Positions 49,959 through 61,805 of a stretch of DNA of 64,000 nt are shown here, piece by piece (within the stretch, counting starts at the first letter, position 1; the number at the start of each line of letters is the position of its first letter). Origin of the DNA: Cenococcum geophilum (lineage: Eukaryota); the NCBI GenBank assembly GCA_050273025.1, contig CP158636.1:12462001-12526000 (forward strand), in the 5' to 3' direction. Under the pieces are notes generated by a model. That model was not told the origin of the DNA. It did not search any database and saw nothing but the letters and a program-made list of their open reading frames with translations. Made by a program: the position numbers and the translations under genes.

Positions 49959-50940
49959 TGTCCGAATCAAACCCGCCATCCACTCTTCAAGCCCGGCGGA
50001 GTCATCATCTCGCCCGTCACAGAGGCGGACCTAATTCCCCTGGTACGACTGCCCTTCTTCCCCCCACAGCTTCCTAAACCCGTAAACCCACAACCTCCAC
50101 CCTCCCCCTCCACAAATCCACCCCTAACTCACCCCTCTCCCAAATCAAAGGCCACCACGCCGCCTTCTCCACCTCCAGGCCCGACAATGTAAGCTGCCCC
50201 CCCTTTTTTCCATCTCCCCTCCTCCAATTTCCCTCAAACTGACCCTCCCCCCAAGACCGAACCCCCCCACCTCCGCCTCCCCGCCCCCCTCCGCACCCAC
50301 AACTCCGCCGCCCGCACGCCCCCCTGGCTCCGCTCCCCGCACACCAAACGGACAAAAGCAACACCGCCCACCGACCCCACGCGCCCCATCGGCTACGCGG
50401 GCTGGCTGGCGCCCGAGCGCACCGAGACGCGGGTCCTGAGCTTCTGGCGCCGCTGCGACGTGGGGGATGTGGAGGGGTGGCGCGGGGCGATGGGTGGAGT
50501 GCGGAGGGGCGGTTGGGGCGGGGATGGATGGCGCGGTGTGGCGGGAGAGTTTCGAGAAGTGGGATCAGTTCTGGGGAGAGGGGGTGGCGGGAGGGGCATT
50601 GATGAGTGGGAGTTTTTTTTTGAGTTTTTGGGCTGTGGGATGAGGTCTAGGGGAGGTGGCGAGGAAAGGGGGGTGGGTGGCGGGGGGGAAGAAGGGGGTG
50701 GATGGCGAGGAGGGAGAAGGGGATGAGAGAGAGAGGAGTGGAAGATGGGAGAGGAGAGTGCTTTACTTTTTGGCTAACTCGGCTTGGTGTTTTGGCAGGT
50801 TGCTAGTGCCGCTATAGATCGTGCCGGAGTATCAGGGCTGCTGCTGAGAGGTTATTGAGCTCGTGGACAGGCATGGCCCGCCGCAGCCCATGTATCTTGA
50901 GGCTATGTGCGGCGAGACCGATTTATGAGCATTTTGGGTG
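49959..50940 (+). pseudogene. Degenerate GNAT-like acetyltransferase remnant
   Basis: ISPVTEADL, PIGYAGW, VPEYQG, PMYLEA, RPIYEHFG in inconsistent frames with stops; intron-like signals. Confidence 0.45.
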
Positions 50941-51173
50941 GAGGGGGTAGAGGGGGAAGGGAGCGGGTTTGTTATGATTCGGAGGGGTCCGGGGGAGAGT
51001 GTGGAGGAGAAGTAGGAGAAGATAGGAAAGGAGGAGGGAGCGTGATTGGATGGCTTCTAGTATTCAGATGGGGATGGAAGGATGGTAAGAGGCGTGAAGT
51101 GGTAGTATTATTTGCACACTACCTAGAACTAAATTGCCCAGCTGTTGCTGGGATATTTATACGCTTGATAAAC

Positions 51174-51400
51174 TCACAAGGCCACAACAACCTTAGCAGC
51201 GGAGACTCCCGACGACACACATCCAAAGCCTCCTGGCACTTCTCCAATCCGCCCTGGATAACAACAGGATCCGGCTTCGCCGTAAACTGCCATCCCGCAA
51301 CCAGCCCCCATAACCTCCCCCCACACTTTGGGTGTGCTGGCGTGCTAGGGGGAGGGGAGGGACAGCCGCGGAATATGCACAGTTAGAGGCAGCGCCGTGG
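51174..51400 (-). pseudogene. C-terminal remnant of a zinc-binding/enoyl-reductase-like (CipB-type) oxidoreductase
   Basis: AKPDPVVIQGGLEKCQEALDV..(fs)..VSAAKVVVAL* resembles the MDR/CipB C-terminus; frameshifted, 5' part absent. Confidence 0.5.
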
Positions 51401-52199
51401 TTTTTGAGAAGGTGGGGTGGGTGCTCAGTGCGGAGGAGTTGGGGGTGCAGAGTCGGTGGTGGAGGGGGTTGAGGGAGCTAGGGAGGCTGGGAGGTGGTTA
51501 TGGGGTAGTGGTTGGGATGGGTTTGGGGTCTTGGGACTGGTAGTGTTGAGGTAGTGTTACCGGCGCCGGCGGTCCTGTGTTGTGGGAAGCTGTTGAGTAT
51601 GACTCCTGGCTGCGCTTCTTCGCTCGACTCCTAAGTACGGGTTGCGCACTGCTCAGAACTAGATAAATATCGACTTATGCGAACGTATAAGAAAGAAATC
51701 TTAGATACACGGAATTACTACCAGAGAAACCACCTTAATGCCTGGGTCTCATTTGCACATGGTACAGCCCTAGCAGCTGTTATATTACTACAGGAATTGT
51801 TAGATAGCCACGCGGTCGACAGAAAAGGTAGTACTACAAAAGGGTTGTCTTGTTAACAGCTTAACTGCATAACAACGTTAAATGTATGTAATAATATACT
51901 TTTACCAGTATAAAATTAGACCACTTAAAGTTTTAAGTGAGTTAGAACTTCTAAAAGGAGCACTGCTATAGTCTAGTATAGCCTTAGAACTGGGCGACTT
52001 CTAATAATATCTCTTAGCTAACCCTACTCTAACTCGTCAGTAGATTACTAGAGAACCTTATATATAAACCTACATAGTATAGATTTTAACTTCTTTATAC
52101 CTTTTATACCTATAATCTTAGATACCTCCGCTTTTACTAGTAGCTTTACGCTGTTATTTATACCTTTATAAATCTATTAGCTACTAAATAAGTAAATTT

Positions 52200-55100
52200 A
52201 ATAATTTCTAATACCCTTACCTTAAGAAGAGCTAAGGGCGTCTATTTTAGCTCTAATATTAATATCTATCGCTAAAGGGTCTAAGAATAGTCTAAAAGCC
52301 AAGAAAAGCTCTTATAAATATCTCCTAAGTCTTAATAAGCTCTCCCTACTTCTAGCAGAGATCGCCTATATTCTCTATTGTATTAAGCGCTGGCCTATAT
52401 TTTTCTACGTTTTCGAGGCCAAGTGCCTCCTTTATCCTCCGTAGTGCCCGCTCGTAGATCTTCGCCTTGTCGAGCTTGCCTTGGTTCGCGTAGAGAAGAC
52501 CTAGGTTGTTTAACCGTGGCGAGTGTCAACGTGTGTTTGGGACCGAGTGCCTCTCTCCCTCGCGACGCCCGCTTATACATCTTCTCTGCATCGTCCAGTT
52601 TGCTTTGCCTCCTGTAGAGAATGCCCAGGTTGTTGACCGTGGCGAGTGTCAACGTGTGCTTGGGACCAAGTGCCTCCTCTCTCCCTTGCAGCGCCCGCTC
52701 GTATAACTTCTCCGCCTCGTCCAGCTTGCCTTGGTCCGCGTAGAGAAGGCCTAGGTTATTAACCGTGGTAAGTGTCGATATATGCTTGGGGCCGAGTACC
52801 TCCTCGTAGCCTCGTAGCGCCCGCTCGTACATCTTCTCCGCATCGTCCAGCTTGCCTTGCCCCCTGTAGAGAAGGCCCAGGTTGTTAACCGTGCCGAGCG
52901 TCGACGTGTGCTTAGGATCGAGTGCCTCCTCATAGCCTCGCAGCGCCCGCTCGTACATCTTCTCCGCATTATCTAGCTTGCCTTGTCTCCAATAGAGAAC
53001 ACCCAGGTTGTTGACCGTCTCGAGTGTCGACGTGTGCTTGGGACCGAATGCCTCCTCACACCCCCGCAGCGCCCGCTCGTACATCTTCTCTGCCTCACTG
53101 AGCTTGCCTTTGTCCGCGTAGAGAAGGCCCAGGCTGTTGATCGTGTCGAGTGTTGACGTGTGCTTGAGATCGAGTGCCTCTCTCCCTCGCAGCGCCCGCT
53201 CATACATCTTCTCCGCATCGTCCAGCTTGCCTTGTCTCCAATAGAGAATACCCAGGTTGTTAACCGTCCCAAGCGTCGACGTGTGCTTGGCACCGAGTGC
53301 CTCCTCATAGCCTCGCAGCGCCCGCTCGAACATCTTCTCCGCCTCGTCCAGCTTGCCTTGGCCCGCGTAGAGGTTGCCAAGCCGGAGGATAGCATCTAGC
53401 ATTACTTTCTCCTCAGCCTTATTAAAACCCACGTCGCATCCGCTGTGACTTCTAGAACTTCGCCCCATCTTCCCTACTAACACCCATCGAGAGCACGCCT
53501 GGGCATGAGGGAGAAGTCGACGTTGTATAGTCGAGTAGTCCCGGGCTGAACGGTTTGGTACAGCCCATCCAACTGTAACCACCGCCAGTTGACCTAGCGC
53601 CGACTCAAAATATTTGCCCTGGTAATGGTACGCCCATTGGTGGACAACTGGGTGAGTAGAATAACTCGTTAGCTCTTTAATATCTTCAATTAATGAGTAG
53701 TTACGTAGAAGCTGCATCGCCCTGCTAAACTCAAGCTCATTACTTGCGATATCTCCAATCCATTCCGACAAGCTTCTTGGAGAAGCCCGGAATGCTACTG
53801 TGAATAGACCATGCCACAGATCCCTGTTGTCGAGGAATGACCATAAAAGGAGCAGGTTGGCCGTAGCTTCGTGCCTGTCACGAATAGCTTTATAAGAGAT
53901 AACCCATGTCGTCCACACACTGCGACGCGGGTAATCTTGAAGTGGCGCGTCCCAGTTTCGTGATTCCATGAGCTCACTCCACTGCTGCTCATAGAACGTA
54001 AGGTAGGTCCCAAGTCCAACTCTACTCTCCTGAAGATACGCACCTGCCTGTGCAATTGCCAGCGGCAAGCCATCTAGCAGCTTGAGCAAGCGCTCACTCT
54101 CCGCTATATCTGTAATCGCATTGTCATCTTTAACTGCTCATATCGGCCTACGTATTATGTTGGGGCCTTACCGTACTTCCTTTTATACCAATTCTTGAAG
54201 ATAGCCTCGGCTTGACGTCTGTCAACCTTGCCTAGCTGCTGCGAGTCACCCAACTGCTCTAGCCTGGCTAGCCGAGTCGTGATTAGAACAGACCCATGGT
54301 CAGCGCCTGAAAGGTAGCGCTTTACATCGTATGCATCGGGTTCCGCACCGTACGGATCGTATTCCCGGTCGACGTTGTCGAAGATAAGCAGCCAGGCGGT
54401 GTTGTCTGACTGTGCAAGCCAATCCATCACATCCTTTACAACTGCATTAACATCGATGCTACCGTCCGCAGAGTATGCCCTACTCGTCTCTGGGATCTGA
54501 ATTTGAGGAATCTTGCTTGCGCAACTCGCAATGCTTCGTTTGAGGCTGTCCTCGCTTCTCCCATCCAGCCAAAACACGGAGCTGAACCTGCGGTGGTGTC
54601 GCCGCGCGAACTCGACTGCCAGCTGCGTCTTGCCTATTCCGCCAAGGCCGTGGAGTATAGATATCCTCTGTCGGCAGCTCTGTTGTTTTGGCAGGAGGAC
54701 TCGTTCGAGCTCTGCCATCTCGGCTGGTCGGTCCACAAACTTGCTCACTCTCGGAACACCTTCGAGGCTAAAGACCGTTCGATATTCTCCAAAATCTGCA
54801 TAGGTAATTTAGCTACACGAACGATACGCGACACGAATAATAAACAATGCGCCAAGACTAACATTCTCTTCCCGCTACGTTGTCTGCACACGCCTGCATC
54901 TGCTTGAACACCTCCTGAGACCCGATATATCGTCGTGTAGCGGCAGCAATCTCCTTACTCTTCTTTGACTCTTCAAGCCCGATGTCTTCTAGCCCGCGAG
55001 CCACGTTAAATCGGTAGTACCGACTAGTGTTGTCAAGAAGCGACTTGTCTTGCCGAAATCTCTCTGCCGTCTGCTCTGTCTCGGTTGCGATTGCAACGAG

Positions 55101-55949
55101 CGTCTTGCCGATATAGAGGACGTTATCCTGAAAGGGCTTGAGCGAAGGGACACCGGTTCCAATTGAGACTAAGCATTTAACCCTGCTCTCGAGTGGCCCC
55201 GATCCCCATATTAGCTGGGCCTGATTCCACACCTCCCACACCGGGTTATTGGCTCCCGTGGCCCCATCCACAAACTCCTCTTCATACCGCCCGATAGAAA
55301 TAGGGTCGAAGAAGGAAGACGCCGCCGAAGTGGCACGGCAGGCTTCCCATATCTTCACGCTGTTCAAGAGGTCGCTGTTACCGCGTGGCGACTTGTAGCT
55401 CGTGAGGCAAACAGTCTCGCTGGTCTGCTTGCTCGTCGCGCACACGAATCTGTGGCGGTCATCAGCTTACACTCCGGGAAAGCTATGAGGCCAACCTACA
55501 CTTTGCAGGCTGCTTCCGGGGCGTCTTTTAGAAGCGTATCCTCCTGCAGTCCCTGCTGTTTGATGACCTCCTTCACAGCTTGCGCCAGCTCCTCCGCGTC
55601 GAATCTTCCCTGGATATTGCCCTTGACCGTCACCCGATGTCTCTTCTTCTGGAATATCCGGTCCGAAAGCGATAGGTAGGCGTCGATGCTATCGTCGATG
55701 CTCATCCTCAGCCGGCCGAGCATAATCGCGATAAGCCTGATCAGTCAGCATACGTCTCCAGAGTCTGGGTATACAGCGACAAACCCACCCGCCAGTGCTC
55801 GTCCCGCCGATCATGTCAAAGTAGTCGCAAGGCTTCGGCGGCGAGTCTGGGTTGACAGCCTCCATGAGCTGGCTCAGGATCATCAGCGCGGACAAGCCGC
55901 GGACCCCGCCGCCATCGAGCGCGAGCAGGCGGAGCTCGTTGTCGGGCAT
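52200..55949 (-). CDS. Fungal NLR: patatin-like phospholipase - NB-ARC - TPR (PLP-1/PaPlp1-type architecture); +1 frameshift ~52510 and RIP stops in terminal repeat
   Basis: LALDGGGVRG, GTSTG, ATSAA, DGA; LHGLGGIGKT, WLLIFDNVD, ITTR, GLPLAI, HPVV; 8 TPRs; three GT-AG introns. Confidence 0.92.
52400..53385 (-). repeat. Eight ~126-bp TPR-coding tandem repeats
   Basis: LG.LY..QGKLD.AEKMYERALRG.EEALGPKHTSTL.TVNN units. Confidence 0.95.
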
Positions 55950-56140
55950 GGCAAGAGGGCGGCGGCTGCTGTAGGTGAAGTGGACTTTCTCGTGCTGGAG
56001 TGCTGGGCCGGCGAGAAGATGAGGTGTTTGGTTCGAGTTTAGGCCGTCGCACGCCTCGACTCAGCTGAACGGCTGGGGCTGCGGATGAGCTGGCGAATAG
56101 AGCCAGCCATGAGCTGTGGCCAATCCGTTTGGATGACGTA

Positions 56141-56374
56141 CTCACCTGGGTGAGGTTTGTGAGTTTGGTCTCGCTACACCCATTAGATCTGAATTGCCAT
56201 CCACAATAAAGACTTTTTTTATTGTTATCTATATTATAGAGTGCTAAAGTGAGGTTTCTACTGTTATACCCACGACTTTTTCTTAATTAATTTTGGTTGT
56301 GTTTTAATGGTACAGGCCTGATTCGTAATTTCTGCCTTGATGCCGTAACCGAACTCACAAACCTCACCCGGGTG
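56141..56374. mobile_element. MITE, ~234 bp, ~27-bp TIRs, TA flanks
   Basis: CACCTGGGTGAGGTTTGTGAGTTTGGT ... ACCGAACTCACAAACCTCACCCGGGTG; AT-rich interior. Confidence 0.85.
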
Positions 56375-57682
56375 TACTGTCAATTTAGATGAATAAACAA
56401 TTTAGAGGGCTTCTGCTACCTTGAGGGCGCAGGGATATCCTGCTTAAAGTCAAAACTAATAAGGTAAAGGCTATGCTAAGCACTGCAGGGGGGGGGTGTG
56501 CGGAATAAAAGTTTCGCAGCGTGCGAAAACCGTAGTCAAAATTAGCCCACTGCGCTCCAAAGCCAAGATTAGTTTCGCTGAATTCAAGAATCGCGTTAAC
56601 GAGAATACGCTTGGCTACAGCGCTGCAACGAGCAGATGCACGATGCCCAAGGATTTTACCGGTTGTGGGGGGGACTCTTACAATCATTTTTTGAATCTAC
56701 AGCATCTCTTCAATTCTGGTGATTAGCGCAGCCACTCCCGCACGGCCTTTTTGTAGGGGAAATTTTGGTATTTTTGCTGTTTAGGGGAAGGTTGACAAAG
56801 CACGCTAACCACGGGATGCGCCAGAATGCTGTATATACGAGTCAAGGCCCACTTGGCAATTTGGCGGGAACGAGCAATCGACTGAACGTTACACAACATC
56901 TGCACGCCCGGACTAAGAACCGCCCGCAGATGACACCCGCCCCCTGATCATCAATTGCGCCTGTCCTCGCTTCGAGCCGAGCGTTTGGCAAGGCCTGCTG
57001 CGCAATTGGAGGGCTGGACTGAGACCTTGCCTGGTTGCTTTTTCTGAGGTCGGATGATGCTGCGATACGATGTGATGAGATGTGATGGATGCGATAGGCG
57101 TGATGGATGGAGGGCGAGTGTTCGTGTTGCTAGGTGCGCCGAGAAATTATTGCCGGGTTTGTTTTTGGACCTCGGAGTTTTCCCTAGTCTTCTCGAGCCC
57201 CTGCGTTAGGTGCCCGTTGGAGGTTGTGTTACTCGCAACGCGCTGCGAGAAAACACAAGCATGCAGCAGCTTATATATTTAGTTACAAATTGACGGGCTA
57301 AAGCATGAACTTGTCAATGCAGCGGATTTGATGCTGGGATTATACAGGATTAAATTTCCATTATCAAATATCTACAAGACGTTCGGAAACATCCACAGAG
57401 CCTTCCCTTCATCCTCTCAATAAATCCTCTCATGGATATCACTCCGAAAAATAGTGCCCGGATACCAAATGCGTGCATGGCAGTATCCAATCAACGCCCG
57501 AGCATCCCAACTAGGAGCTCCTGAAATCTCCTGTAGGGATAGCGCAATCTGAAATGCGGTATGAAGCGAGCGGCCACGTACAAACGCAAACACATTATTC
57601 ACATCGAAACCGATTCGAACCCCGCCTTTTTTTATATATAAAAAATAAAGTTATAGATATGCGAGAATATGTAGTCGCCAGT

Positions 57683-58990
57683 TTACGGCGCCTCGTAAAC
57701 GCTTTGCTGAGGGTGAGGATGCTGCTGCTGCTGCTGCACCGGTGGTGGGCTTTGGATGGGAGTGCCACCGGCCTCTGCAACACCGGCGGGCGGTCCTTGA
57801 TGCATCGGCGCGCTGTACTGCGGTGCGGGGCTCATCGGTGGACTATAAGGTTGCGCCATTCCGCCAATTTCTTGGTTAGGCTTGTATTGCATGCCATAAC
57901 CGGGCTTGACGTCCTGGCTTTGCTGGGGTTGATAGAAGCCAGCGGCAGCTTGCGGTTGCTGGCCATATGGCTGTTGAGGGGGGAATTGTTGTGGTGGCTG
58001 CGGCTTGTACTCTTGGACACCGGGAGCTGGGCCCATGGGCGGTGGTTGGGCTGCACCAGTATTGACCTGGTTGGCTTTATTCTTGCGGTTGCGGAGGATC
58101 ATGAAAATGGCGCCGAAGATGATGGCACCGATGACAACTAGACCACCGACGACACCGCCAACAATTGCGCCTAGGTTCGTCTTGGATTTGCTAACAGTCG
58201 TAGCTGTTGGGCTTGAGGTTACGCTCTGAGACTGGCTAGCGGCAGAGCCACCGCTGCTGCTGGAATCACGGCTTGATGTAGCCGTGGTAGAAGGAGTGCG
58301 AGTTACGTAGGTGGTGGAGATTGGAATTACGACTTGAGAACTTGTGGCGGCAGCACTGTTTTCGCCGTCGAATGTACGCTGAACAGAGATAGTAAAGGCA
58401 GAGGCAGCACAACCGAATTCGGTCATGACAGTGTCCGAGTAGACATAGCGCCATTGGTAGCAATATGGTGCTGTAAGATAGGTACTAATGGACAGTTAGG
58501 CCTCTATGGTCCATTTAGGCTCTCAATTGTATTCTTACCATTTCGCGATATAGTCGTTGGTTGAGCAAGAGTTGCCTGTGCAGCTGGCAGCCATCAAGCT
58601 GCTTGGGATACACGTTGTGGGAATGCTACACGCGGCCAAACTGTTGGGATCGCAGCAGCCGTGTACGCCATAGTAGGTGTTGGTTGCGCAGACGTATGCG
58701 TCGTCATTGCAGGTTAATGAAGAAGCTATTCAACGAATGGTGTTAGTAAATCCTCGGTAGATGGTCATTAAGGGATTCTTACTGGAAATGCCGCTGATAT
58801 AACCACAAGTGTTATCGCCAGCAGCACGCTTGAACATCTCCATAAGGTTGACCTCAGGAGCTTCCGTAGGAGCTGGACTCCAGTTATCCGCAGTAGGCAT
58901 CACCAGAGTTGGCTCTGGACCAGCCCAAGGGAAGGCCATGGCCGACACAACGGCTGGTGCCAGGAAGGCACAGAGAGAAGAACGAAACAT
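57683..58990 (-). CDS. Single-pass type I membrane protein (signal peptide, Cys-rich ectodomain, Ser/Thr stalk, TM, Pro/Gln-rich tail); two introns
   Basis: MFRSSLCAFLAPAVVSAMAFPW, KR then NTCGY, TM GAIVGGVVGGLVVIGAIIFGAIFMIL-RNRK, C-terminal YEAP. Confidence 0.85.
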
Positions 58991-60828
58991 TATTAAGTAT
59001 GAAGTCAATGAATGAAAGACTAGGTGAAAGTAAGAAAGTCGCAAAAGGATAGAACAGGTACGGATCGACTCCAATACAGGTTGTGAAGTAAAAGTAAAAG
59101 GAGAGCTGCGGGCCCGGGAGAAGAAGTATTTGGGAGCACTACCTCGGGAAGGAGGGAAATTTAAAGCCGAGCATTGGGGCAGCTCTCATAAATGAATTGA
59201 GGACCTGGACTAACGTGAAGGGCGAGGGCTGAGTCTCTGCAGTCCATCCAGGTCGCAGGCCAGACGATCTCCTCGCTGCTCGTGTTCAGTCGTGCCAATG
59301 TTCGTGAAGCCTGGCAGACCAACTGTTTGGGGCTAGACAGATGTATTGGGGCGCCGCCACGGCATAGGAACGGCCAATGGAGAGAGTTGTTTCTCAGCCT
59401 TGCAGCAACTAGAGGCGAAAGCGTGGGTGAGGTAAATTGAAGGCTTGAGGGGCCAAGGTGCGGCTGAGCACTGTGGTTTGCCGATTCCGGGTGAGAAAAT
59501 AAGCAAAACTGGGGGTCACAAGCGACATGCCAGGGGGCGGCGGACAAAAATAGCTAGGACGCACCTCGCAACGCCAACGGGCTCGAAAGGGAAGAGGAAA
59601 GCGCGGACGACGATCAACTCATTCTCTCGAGTCATTCTCGTAAGTCTCCGCCCGTCATGATAACGGGCGGGTGGGTCCCGATCCTTCGCGCCATCAGTGG
59701 AACAACGTCTTTAGAGTGCTGACACCGTCGACCATGGTGATGTCTACAAGATGTTAAATACTTTCAGGACTGCCACAGAAATGAAAGACGGTCACCGAAC
59801 ACGATTTTTGGAGAAAGTATCCCCCTAACACGTGGGGTCGAATGTCATAGCGTCTGGGCAGTGCTGTCCATCTGGAAATTCCTTCGGATTGTACAAAGAT
59901 ATCCTTCGGCCACTTGTGTTGACGAGGGATTAGAGTCCAGACCATTTGACTGGTCCCAACGAGCACTCGGTTCTACCGTTGCCATACCGAACCGCCGCGA
60001 TCCCAGGTGCAGCAACAGACGCGGTGGACGAATGATAGCGAGCCCATCCCAGACATCTTCTTTGCCAACATTGACCAGCCCAAGCGAATGCGTGCGCCAT
60101 TCGATGCGGAGCAGGATAAGTATTGGCGGCGCCCTCAATGCAGAGCCTCAATAAACAAGGGTGCATGCTGTGACTTATCGTTCCTTTGCTCTTAACCCGA
60201 CATCGGTGTCCAGGCCCAGCTCTTCTATTTATTCATGTCCCTATGGACAAGGAAATATCTTGCCGAATACCTGAACTTGAGATATCGCAGGTTAATTTGC
60301 GGGAAATACAGGTGATGTTAGTGCGCATTGGAGTCCGAATTTGGAATCGTAGCGTCTAGACCTTGATCTTTTCCCCCTTGCTATTACCACAATTAAGGAC
60401 ATTGGTGGGGTTACAAGGACGGGTATACGCTACTGGACGAGCCTCGAATTTGAAAGGTCAGGCGGCCAGACCATTTTCTTTCGCTTTAGAAGATCCCCAT
60501 CCGCTGATTAGAACTCTTAGACCGCGGAAAGACTACAGAAATATGTAATACTTTGACGGCAGCTTACGATAATATATATACCAGTTAATCAGCCACTTGT
60601 TCAACATCTTAGGAGCGACAAGTAAATTTAAAAGCTCTCCTAGGAGGGCATATATATAATAATATATTAATCAACCTAACGCCTTCTGCTGCCTGTCGGC
60701 AACATCTTTAAACTCCTGCAATGCCATTGCTTTCACGCCTCATCAATCAATTCGCTTTAGTCCCATAATACAGGTTTACAGATATACTACAAGCCTCCCA
60801 TCCAAATATCTTTTCCCGAGGCGAGTTT

Positions 60829-61470
60829 TTAATCCCGCTTGTGCGGTCCAATGATCTTCGGGTACATGCGTGATAGATGGTAGTTGATCGTGTTCTTCTT
60901 CTGGGTTGTAGGTCGCTGTTGAAAGTATCCGTTAGTAAAATGGGTATGAACATTTTTCCAACCATATACTGTCCGTTGTGTCCACAACAAGACGGATGAA
61001 ACTAAGCATGCACCATGGCAATACCTTAGGCGCTCTGAAAATGGAGAGAATACTTACCGGTGCATCCATACACGCCCTTAGCTTCTGCTCAAGCTGTGCA
61101 CAACCTTGAACGCTGTATCCGGATGAAGCCCAGCAACCTGCAAATTGGACATATTAGCATATGGCCATAAAATTCAATTTACATATACGGCAATCTCTTC
61201 TCAGTAACCGAACAGCTTCCAGCGTATCCTTTCCATCCGTAATCATAAAGTGCAACCAGACCTAAACCTCCGAAAAACTGTGTTCATCCTTTACAGCATC
61301 AGGGACCAAGAGAATATTGCTTCTCACGTACCCAAAACTGAAGTCATTATACCAAGACATGGATTTGTCTCTGGCTTGTTCGGTCTCCGGACTCGCAATT
61401 TTGGAAGGGGGGGTAAAGGGCGAGAGGCGGCGGATTTGACGGTCGAGGAGGTGCTGGGTTTAGGTACCAT
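60829..61470 (-). CDS. MRP10: Mitochondrial small-subunit ribosomal protein mS37; exons 61470-61332, 61137-61058, 60915-60829
   Basis: LPPLPKLRVRRPN...NPCLGIMTSVLGCWAS...CAQLEQKLRACMD...NTINYHLSRMYPKI; twin CX9C; missed by ORF track. Confidence 0.93.
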
Positions 61471-61805
61471 TGTGGCGAATTAAATGGCGATGGAGTAGTT
61501 AGGCCGAGGAGAAGCTGTCCACAGCAAGCGCGCTCAATTGCAATGTTTTGCTAGAAGAATGGCTAAGGTTCTGATGGAGGTATCTCTGCTCGATATTTCT
61601 GCGAAATGTCGGGCGGCAGGTTCCGTCCCGCGGTGCTTGGCGTGGCGGTGGTGTTGTTGTTTTGCTCGTCACCGGGCAAAAACACCATCACCTAGTAAAC
61701 TACGACGACTATTATTCCACCCTGGTGATCCACACCTATAACTGGGGCTTTGGGATCCCTGGCATCATTACTTCCCCGGCGAAACATCTCGAAAACTCCA
61801 ACGCA

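Noticed and set aside
56385..56950. Short ORFs and a WYFCC-like fragment
   Set aside because: Stops and no coherent gene model; at most a decayed fragment
59160..60550. Overlapping short ORFs on both strands
   Set aside because: No domain or splice model recognised; likely intergenic
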